Positions 53,901 through 64,000 of a DNA stretch of 64,000 bases are shown here, piece after piece; within the stretch, counting starts at the first letter, position 1; each line of letters starts with the position of its first letter. The stretch covers positions 857,957 through 921,956 of the forward strand of contig NMRA01000072.1 in NCBI GenBank assembly GCA_002633005.1, in the 5' to 3' direction. The position numbers and the translations under genes were made by a program. This DNA is from Phoronis australis. Its lineage: Eukaryota > Animalia > Phoronida. The notes beneath the pieces are model-generated. The model was not told where the DNA came from, searched no databases, and saw only the letters and a program-made list of their open reading frames with translations.

Positions 53901-56299
53901 TTACAGTTGATGCATATTCTTTTCACAACAGCAATGAATAATGTAGGACATACAAAGAAAAATCATTAAAATATATGATTTATATGCATTAAGCCATAAA
54001 TAAGAAATTCATTGTTTCCATACTCCTAACACACACTTTGTTGTCACCATGGCAACATGAATTATTTCATGGTTTAATACACACATCCACAGAAATGAAA
54101 ATACATAATTAAGAACTCTTGCAAGGTTTCAATAATATCTTTCATACTTGGGTTAACAACTACATTACCACTGCAAGTCTAACGCACAAGGGAACCTTTG
54201 CTCTTAATTAGACCCAGGGAACCAACAATCGGTAACACATATCTAAATGTTTCAAATCTATATGTTCGGTAACTCTGAGATACCCAGGCCCCCTAATGGC
54301 CTACCCCAGTCATTGTAAACCAGTTAATTATTTTCAGAGATATGAACAATAGTAATTTATCATACAGCATTCTGTGAAAATGGAGATATAATCGATGAAA
54401 CCAACGTGAACTAAATTAATGTAGTTTATGAATTCAACAAATATTTTTTATGTCATAAATTTATGGTTGTTTAACGACAAGGCACATCTGTTACAGCTAC
54501 GAGACAGACATGTCTCCCAGCGAACCGTACCACAATATGATTTATGATTCATATCGCATTAACAATAACTGATTTACGTGCACACGACCACGAACATGAA
54601 TGTGAAGACCACAACTGGGCACCAGCAAGTAAAATATGAAATACATTTGAAGACCTCAGAGGGAAATTTTAACAGTCTTGCGCTGATCTGGTTTGCGTTT
54701 AGTTGTCTATGAACATTTTTTTGAATTCTCAACGTTGGTTTTCATTGTTTTCCTAAGGAGAAAAATTATTTCCAGAAACTGAATGTCGGTTTCCATTCAT
54801 CAGGAAAGACTTCAGAAAATAACTTAATTGCCAACTTCATCACAGCTCAAATTTCAAACACTTGAATCCTCATAGATTTTCCGTGATAAGAACGCTAACA
54901 ACTATTGTTTGTTGCAGGTAACCTAAAGAAATCCAATCCTCAAGTTCTCGCTAAATTCTAATGCATAGGGGGATTTAGGGGGCCCAAGGGGCCTCCACTC
55001 CTCCCTGTGAGCATGATCGTAAAAGTTAGTATGCCATTTTTACCTGTTATGTTGACATTCACATTCATCCTGCAAAAATTGTGGTTGCACACCATCTTAT
55101 AATAACCAAGATCAGCTGTGTAGTGGACGTTTAATTCATTATTCGTTGAGTACAGTAGTTGCATTGGGCTGGTAGGTAGTGAACACCAAATTGTCCAACT
55201 TAGACAATTGTATCATGGGTAACAGGTGGAACAAGTTATGTTATATTTTAACTTCATATCTGGCCTTAATTTCATGCATCCTTCAGTTTATGAACATCAA
55301 TCAAATTTACAAGACTTAAAATGTCCCATGTTATTGAAACCAGGGCATGGGATCAGCTCTAATAAAAAATAATTTTCCGCCCAAGTGTTTTCACCAGGGG
55401 CGTGAAGGTATAATCTTTGAATATGACGCAGAATGAACTTTAGTGATAAGGCATGCCCCCGCAATGATTAGTACGGAGAAAATTTTGAAACGGCCCGTTG
55501 TGGTATTTTGTACATTTTGTTACGCCACGATCACACCTTCATATTACAGCCACCAGGGAGAGCTGCTAAGTCATCAAAATGGCTGCCAACAGCCCAGGGC
55601 AATTAAGAAAAGTTTTCAGTATAGTGTTCAAGTAAATAACTTTCCATGATATACAAAAAAGACAAAGAAAAACAATTTCCAATGTCTTGTACATGGACTA
55701 AAACACTTAGGTATAAAACATTCAATAATTCAGTGAAGCTAATCATAAACTTACCATGTATACATAAATAATATCAAAACAAAAAACTGACACGAAGTCC
55801 ATTCTTAACGGACCTTAGTTTTTGTTGATTTGCCAAATTCATGACTTCTGTAATGATTTTAGCTTCCATTTCCGGAATCTAATTCATGTGCCCAATGAAA
55901 AAATACTACACAGACATTTCTAGTTTTTGGAAGGAAACCAACAAGGAGTGAACAGTGAGTGTTTATTAAGATCTTACTACATTGGCAGAATTTCATTTGT
56001 ATTACCCTATGCTTTCCTTTCATCTAAGAATACTGGTCCAGTTTTCTCCATAATTAACTTACCTAGATGTAGCCTCGGCAGCTGGGTGCCATATTAGTTC
56101 TTTTTGCTCCAAATGAGTCTGATAGATCACTGGCGTTCTCAGATCTACCACTATTACTGGGTATTATTCAACTTGTGCAATATTTAGACATAATTTGAGA
56201 CCAAGAGCCAAATGTGTGGACTGTATCACAAAGCCATTCGACTCATCGCAATCAAACTTCGGAAATTCAAAAATCAGGGGATGGGCGTTAAGCTGAGTA

Positions 56300-56655
56300 T
56301 GAACACTAAAAATGAAATTTTTGAGGTCATAGAGAAATGAGCATCGAAAACAAAATGCAAAAATAATAAAAAGGGCCACTAGGGGGCACACATTACATAT
56401 ATTCCACCTCAAAATGGGAAAGTGATGCATTCATCATGGAAACCTGTTTGTACAATTTCATGAAAAATTTTCAAGGAACTCAGTAAACATAGAGACTAAC
56501 ACAAAAAAGGCTACTACGAGACATAGCACCAGTCAAATCCGTCCACATATTCGCTCATCCCATTATATTCACGATAGGTTTTGGAGATACAGCAGCGACC
56601 CCAGGACAGGAGCATCGGCATAATAAACCCACAATATACATATGTGGGGATATAA
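56300..56655 (-). mobile_element. Truncated, diverged HINE copy 3 with one strong CTCF-like motif
   Basis: GGGCCACTAGGGGGCACAC at 56373-56391, aatttcatgaaaa and ggagatacagc blocks, and end cggcataat...cccaca...atatgtgggga-tataa. The left boundary is approximate. Confidence 0.65.
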
Positions 56656-59600
56656 GAATGCAGATGGCAGGTTATGTTGTAGAGATATTTATTTATGTTA
56701 ATTAATGTTCCATTGGCGTGTTCGTGCTATCATAGACTATAGTACATGGGCCGCCAAGTCTGTATATTTTCAATGGACGAGATCGATAACCTTACGCATA
56801 AGCCGTGGCGTCATTATTCACTAGCGACACCTGGCAGACATAGCATATTTTACTTCCGGCTTGTACGTCGTCTGCTAATCATGGTCATTTCGTAGGGATT
56901 TGGATTGGCGATTTTGCCCAACTCACATCCGTGTTTAAATAAATTGAATGCTCGTTAATAACCACCAGGCCTACTCAAAATCCATCTCGCACTTCAACAG
57001 CAGTTTACGTACTGCACTGGACGTTTCATTTTAAGCTTGAATGCACGCCGGCGCCGCTCAAAATTTCTGACCTCTACTATTGGAAGACTTTAAACGTTTC
57101 AATGCCGAAATTTTTTTTCTGTTGTACTAGACAGTAAAACAAATGCAAGAATTTCCTGTCACAATATACTAACTGGAAGTGAGTTTGCTACATTTAGAGG
57201 GTGGCGCCTCCTCTAGAATATTTCGCAAGAAAATGTCGGAGTTGTGAATCTGTCACCTATAATCTATGGTGCAATCGATGCAACAACTGAAAGACCTAAA
57301 TGATCCGGCAAAATGCTCGGCAATATCTTGGCTCTGAATTCACACTTCCATTGAGCAAACACCAATGACCTCCACAGACTTTTCCAATAGCGAGTATTAG
57401 TTTCCTCAACAGAAGTGAATGGAGAATTAAGATGATGCAGGCCCTTTGCCCGGCCATTCACATCACTTTGTATTGTCCTGTGGGTAGTAAATACATGCCA
57501 GGGAACAGTAACAGGGAATATGTGTTTCAAGATAACCAGGGACCAGGATTTTTACTAAACGTAACAAAAAACATGACTGTGTTCTCCTTCAAACTTAGAG
57601 CACAGCACAAAGAAAATAGAATTTTGTTTTCTAAAAGTTCTCAGCAAAAATAAACATTTTTTACCACAATCTTATCATGCTAATTTGGTTTCTATAGTGC
57701 AGCTGTTATTAGACATAGAAACTTACACTTCATGGTAACCAAGGTTTGAACTGTATAACTGTCAACACAAAAGGTATGGTAACGTTTTCGCTTTTGTGTG
57801 GAATAGGCAGGATTTTGTCTAGGGGGATGTAGCAAGGGAAAAACAAAGCCAGTACTTGAGATTCATCGTTACATCAGAGCAAAAGTGACCCAAGTAGGTG
57901 GGGTCTGCCTTGGATCCCACCCCCTCCCCCTACATGCCTGACTTAACCATGTATGTCCTTAGTCAGGCAGTGTAGGTGACTTTGCACAGCACTTCATGTG
58001 CAATAGAATATGGTGATATATATTGTACAGTAAACAACCTGACACTAATGTTGCTTTACACATCTTGACAAATCTATGGCAGGACAGTTTGTCTTAAGTT
58101 GTTGATAATAAATACACCACTTGCAAGTAATGCATTCAGAATGGCCTAAGTTGTCTCTGTGCAGGGACCACCCCAAAAAGTTAAATTATAAATATGTGAC
58201 AATGGTTGTCTTAGAAATGCAGAGCATTTGCTCAAACTCAGCTGCTCACATAAATCAAATTAATTTGGAAAATTCATAAACATCCGGTGGCCACAAGTCT
58301 GACCAGGTCTTGGCTGGCTGGTGGGAGCACCTGCAGTAAGGACTGAAATCAAATTTTAGATTAGGCCATGCCAGTGCACAGATATGACATAAAAAGGTGA
58401 AAAGTGATTTATTTCCCCGAAGAGGAAGTAAACAAAGCAATTGGGGATAGATTTTTGTAAACTGTTTTTTTGTCACAGTGAGGTACTAATGACAAGAAAA
58501 CGAGGTAAGTCATAAATTATAGTCAACGTAACAATAGAAAAGGATTTTCAAATGAATTTCTGTGGTACGGTAATGTTAACAATTTAGGACACAATATGGA
58601 CGACAACGACAAGGGGATTTTTATTTGTTCATTTTTTCATAAAAGATAAACCAGTCAGAAAATAAATGCTGTAACATTCTCAAGATCTATACTGTAACTG
58701 CCATCAGACAATGATTTTGAGAAACGATGGGCATTTGGAACAATGTTATAAACCTTTGACAAATGAAAAAACACCAACTTAAGGAATTATATTTGTCCAA
58801 AATTAGTGAGAATTTACAACTGAACAGAAAGATTTTGTGGAGCATTGTTAACAGACACTTGTCTTTTTACAAGTACGGAGACATATGTGATGTTACCATA
58901 AAAACCAACAAAGTTGATCGCAAAAATCAACTTTAAAGTGCTTTTCCCATTCGAAATGTATACTTCTCAGTCAGCCTCCATCCCCTACTGAATCTAGAGC
59001 ACTTCTTTTCACATCATGTAATTGGTTGAATTATCAGCAGACAAGTCCAAATCACATTACATACATCTTTAGGCCAGGGGTAGACTAGGCAAAGTTATCT
59101 GCATGCTCATTAGGCATAAAAGATACTTTCATAACGAATATATCTGTAATTCCTGAGTAACAGACTAAATCTTATAAATAGGATTCTCCACAAATTAGCC
59201 AATATTGAGTTGAAGATAGACAGTGCGCATATGAAGATAATTAGCCTGAACCAAAGATAGGGCCACAACATACAGGAGCTGTGGTTGTCACTGAAAAGCC
59301 CAATAGTTACCATGGTGATACATTTTCGATTGTTTTAAATTTCGCTGAATTTATAGCAGCATGTTGGCAATTTTTGAAAACGAATACGCTTTGCAGACGC
59401 AACTCAGAAGTTAAGGCAACGAATATAAGGGGTCTAGTGATTGGCTGGCATAGTCTTTACCAGGGTCTAATTTGGAAATGATAATATTACAAAATATAGG
59501 TAAGCTTTCGCCCTTTTCACACCAGCCATTTCGTGACTCCACAGCATTCAAGACGTCAGACAGAGGAAAGTACACAAAATGTGCGAAAACTGGTTATTTG

Positions 59601-60674
59601 AAATTGAGAATTTAACAGATCAAACAGATCCATTGACCACTACCAATGCAAGAGGCCGGGGAAAGCAAACGAAGACGTGAAAAAACATATATAAAATACC
59701 CTATGACCAATTTTATCATAACCTGAAATGATTGCTGGGGCTGTTTGGCGGTCAGGCTCATCCGCTCTTGAATTGTTGCCGAATGACCTGGCAACTCAAG
59801 TCACAGGTAATGCGAACACGCACCATTTTCGAATTTGCAATTTCAGGGTTGGCCAACCCCAATAAACTGAAGTGTTTTCTTGAGTCGTTTGTTTTGATGT
59901 TCTTACTGGAAATAGAAATCAAGTCCTATCACAGTAAAGAATTATATTATATTATCATGTTGGCTGTTCCTTTTTTGTTTCAGCACCTCAACACTGAGGA
60001 AACCCAATTTTAAATATATGACGCTTTTCCACCAACACTGCAACTTGTCCATTTTGAGGAGTTTCGATCAGTAGGAAAGAGACCTTAAACTGTCATTGCA
60101 ACTCCTCTCAAAATAGGTAGACTGAATTGCGGACTTGTACAACTCCCTTGCAATGGGAAAGGTTAAATCCAGTCCAACCGGAATAATCACCAGAGTGGGA
60201 ATAATCGCAAGAGGTCACAACACATTATACCATGACTATGACATAGGCAGTCTAATTCAGATAACTAGTCGTAACTCTGATGTCACTAGTGGACTCTAGT
60301 AGCCAGCGCAAAAGGTAAGGGATTTGTTCTGTAGTTTCAATAGATAAGAATTTTCCTAATGGGAAAGCGACATAAGGAGTGACTGAGTTAAAGGTTATGA
60401 ACCTGAACACAAGAACTGCAAATTGAAACCACCAAAGCAAAGCTGCTTGGTCTAGATTGACATTAGTTAATTATCTCCAAGAAATGACATTACAGTCATT
60501 GTTGGTCTGCAGGGGAGATGGAGGTCCAATGTCCAGCTGCGATTTCACTCAACTGCAATCTGAGTGAAATATGAACGCAGTCCACACAACCATCAACCTC
60601 ACACATTCAACATTGGCAATTACTAACAGGCAATTTAAGATAGAAGTCCCCTATGGTTAAACTTCTTTATTGGT

Positions 60675-60730
60675 ATATGTATATGCATATGTATATAACT
60701 ACACACACACACACATATATATATAAATAT
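60675..60730. repeat. (TA)/(CA) microsatellite
   Basis: Directly visible. Confidence 0.85.
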
Positions 60731-62470
60731 GGGCCACAGAGGTCAGAGGTCAGCAAGAGTTACACTTGTGTACTACCTCAAGATAATTTGAGACCTATGA
60801 AATAATGGGTTGTCTAGAAAATTCAAGGGTTTTGATTCCTAATTAAAAAATTTGACAACCCCTACGACTTTAGTTACGTGCTACGCTGGAGCGCCAAAAT
60901 GCTTTGCTTTCTCTGTAACTGCTGTAGTTTTTGCAACTGAAAATCCATCTCCGATACTTATGTTTACACATCGTTTTTTGTGAAAAATAGATGAAGGCAA
61001 AACTAATGGAAACGAGAAAGGGGGTGGATGATGATGAACATGAGTCTTGGCAGGGGGGCGGGTGGCGGGTGGGGGGGGAGTAGCCAGCCAGCTTGCTGAG
61101 TATGACTGAATGCCAAAGCACAGATTTTTAGAACAAGGCCATAGGGGGAGCTATATTGGTTGTGTGCCATTGCCGCTCTGTGTCTAATAGGACAATGTTA
61201 CATTTTGCTATGGTCAGAGTAGAAAAGGTGTACATGTATGATGTAAGTAGTAGATGCATGATGTGTGTAGTTGTAACAAAAGAAACGCTGCTGTTATCAT
61301 TGCAGAACAAAAGGGAATCAACATAAAACTGGTAGAAATGTCAATGTATCACTTGAACTCTGCCTGTGCTTGATTGCCAAGACCTTAAAAAACATGATGT
61401 AGTCTATTGTTTGACAAGACTGGTGGAAAATGCTGTCTCTTATGATTAATTTTAAATACAGCAAACAATAGCATATACAGACATCATGTGGCATTGTACT
61501 ATCTCTGTTTATTCTATGGCTGGCTCTAGTGCAATTGCACCCTGACCAAGAATCTCGGTAGAAAAATGACCTGTCAGTTTTGGAGTTCAAATGCAAAGTG
61601 GCCCAGAAGTGGTTATGATGAGAATTAATAAGTAACATTTAAACAATCTACAATCAGCTCTAGTTTTCCCATGGTTTTATCTTTCATGTTTCGTGTTTCT
61701 GGTTTATTTTATTACACTATCTGCCAATTTGACAGGCTTAACCCAGGAAGGCTGGAGCGGGATGAAACCAATTTAACAGCAAAGTATTGCAAGGACTGTT
61801 ATTTATTATTTGAGAAAAGGTACATCTAATAAGAATGCTTTTAAAGTGCCAGGTCAGAGCAGGGAAGAAAATCAGATACATTTACATGTGTAGGGATAGT
61901 TTCACGAATAAGCCAAAACCTCACTTATTTTGGATAAACATAATTGCTAAAATTGCTGTTTTCAATTTTCAATGGGTTGTAGTAAAAGTGCTATGAATGT
62001 CCAATCAACTTTGTTTGGAAATACCAATCTTTTAAAGTTTATTCTTACTCCAGTACACCAGGATCCCACTTTATCGCAGCTCATAACCCAGTCACAGATT
62101 ACGGTTGCTAATATATTATAACTAACGCGATGCTGCATTTTTTATGACAGCAAAATATTGAAACTAACATTAAGCTGATAATTTTTCATATTCGGACTTA
62201 ATGACCAACTTCACTATACAGGTTAATAAATTGTGTGCAAATAAAAAAAGCAAAGTTGCGACCGCTCTAGTTAAGACTGAATACAACGAAACCCAAGTAC
62301 TTTGTGGTACAAACAGGCCTCAGTACGTGTTAGGACTTGACGCATGTTTGTGAATTAAGGTCCCCCGAGAGTAAAGTAAAACTTTGAAAGACAAGAAAAA
62401 AAATAAGCAGCATGTTGGCCAAAATTTCAACAGTGTAGCATGGCTGTGAACGTTAGAAAAAGTTGTACAT

Positions 62471-63138
62471 AGTCCAGTTCACTCGAGAAAAAGCTTTGCG
62501 GAAAAAAATGTGCAATTCCATTCCACAAAAAATTTCCGCAATCCGCGAGCGTTTATGCGGCTCATATCAATTCCGCAATTTCTTTCAACTGAAAATACCA
62601 ACGGAAGGAAAACAATACGCCGCCGATACAGATGCAGATATTTACAAGGTCTCGTGACTCGTCAACTGATTGAACAGAACTGAATTTTGCCTAGTTACCT
62701 CACGTTCGTTCCTGATTCTAATAAAAGCCGGTCCATCATTCAGCTGGCCATCCACTACGGCTTCCCGCCACAAGCCGATGAGTAACTCAGTCTTTGCGTC
62801 AGACCACATTTTTAGATAAACCAAATTTTTATTGCGAGACATCAGAAATTTGGAGACTTTTTTAGAAATACAGCTGTAATTCTAGTAACATACGCATTAC
62901 GAATAAACGTGTCGTCAATCTTCCAGTTTGTATAGAGTATGCGACGAGTAATTAATCATCAAGCTTCTGTAAACAAATGTCACAGCATCTAGATCGAGTT
63001 CCACAATGAATTCCGCAAAATTTCGGTGAAATTGAGAATGCGGTATTTTCACGTTCGCGCAATCATTTTTTCCGCAATCTCGATTCCGCAAAATATTGCC
63101 CAAAATTTTACACAAAAAAGAGTGTCATGAACAGGCCT
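62471..63138 (-). mobile_element. Degenerate Harbinger-like element with a Myb/SANT-like ORF remnant (62642-62842)
   Basis: Imperfect TIR agtccagttca / tgaacaggcct and many TTCCGCAA subterminal repeats at both ends. The ORF motif WSDAKTELLIGLWRE is typical of the first helices of Myb/SANT-like (trihelix/MADF) domains. Confidence 0.55.
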
Positions 63139-64000
63139 TATGCCATTTCATTTCTCTACATAGTGCGGGTGTTGTGTTGTAAGTGGATGAGTACTTGGCA
63201 CACTGGTGAACATTAACAGACTGATAATAAGCTAGTCTTGATGTTACAATTATGACAAAAGAAATATAAGCACTCTAGCATGTCTTGAAGGCACTATAAG
63301 TTTATTACATGTTATGAATACAATTTATGTGGCTGGAATAATCTGCAGGCTTGATAACCATCAGGTCTCCATTAGGCAGCCCCATCCCAGAATATAAACT
63401 ACATGACTAACATAAAAGGCAGGCAATTTTCTTGTGTAAAGATATGGGAACTTTTCAAATAGTATATGATAAATACATTCATTATGGCTGCCTCTGATTA
63501 TGTAAAATGAAAAGACTCAAACTCCAAACTTCTATGTGGTGGAATTTGCTAAATACAAACATCTCATAGAAATTTCAATAGAGAATCACCCACCTTTGTT
63601 GAAGGTGATCATGCATTTAGCAAGAAATGTTTGGTTATTACAAGCCAGGTATGAAATAAAACTTGTGTGAGCCATTCAATTCTACAACCAGCATGAAATG
63701 AATTTTCTCAATTCATAAGTTCTTTGAAGGTCAGTGTAACGAGATTGCATTATGTATGAAATCTAAACTTATCAAGTCAATTTGAATTAGATTAAAGAAA
63801 GTGAATATGAAATGGGACCAGGCACACAGTTTAAATACATCAAGGCAAATGGGATCTTATTATAGCTGCCTGTCATAAAAGAGCATAAGTAAAGGTGATG
63901 TTCCAAGGTCAGAAACGAATGACTGCCCAAACAGAATAGCCCTCACATATGTTATGCAACACAAATGCTTGTGTAAATATGGCCATCCCTTGGTTCAGCT

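Noticed and set aside
33000-62400. Numerous 60-110 aa ORFs in the track
   Set aside because: Composition is that of random AT-rich DNA, often with non-ATG starts, and there are no domains or consistent splice structure.
62820-62842. MSRNK... as the spalt first exon (MSRRKQ-like)
   Set aside because: The motif does not match, and it continues into a Myb-like ORF inside a TIR element.

Overview
AT-rich animal genomic DNA from a non-vertebrate bilaterian; the CTCF N-terminus suggests a protostome, possibly a lophotrochozoan, but the taxon cannot be fixed. Two spliced C2H2 zinc-finger genes lie in tandem on the minus strand. One is the 5' part of CTCF (4 coding exons, ZF1-ZF9, continuing off the left edge). 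The other is an almost complete spalt/SALL gene (4 coding exons, 13.2-32.8 kb) whose first exon was not found. The 31 kb to the right has no host coding exon I could recognise. One spalt exon appears twice around a single N, most likely an assembly or haplotype artefact. The rest is non-coding, with many non-autonomous transposons (Helentron/HINE-like, Tc1/mariner-, Harbinger- and Kolobok-type MITEs), tandem repeats and a near-perfect 70-bp palindrome. The most striking observation is a HINE-like repeat family whose ~150-bp internal unit carries a CTCF-consensus-like motif. It builds same-orientation arrays of 3 sites between spalt and the CTCF promoter and 11 sites inside a spalt intron, plus a third remnant copy. 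All calls were made by eye, without database searches.
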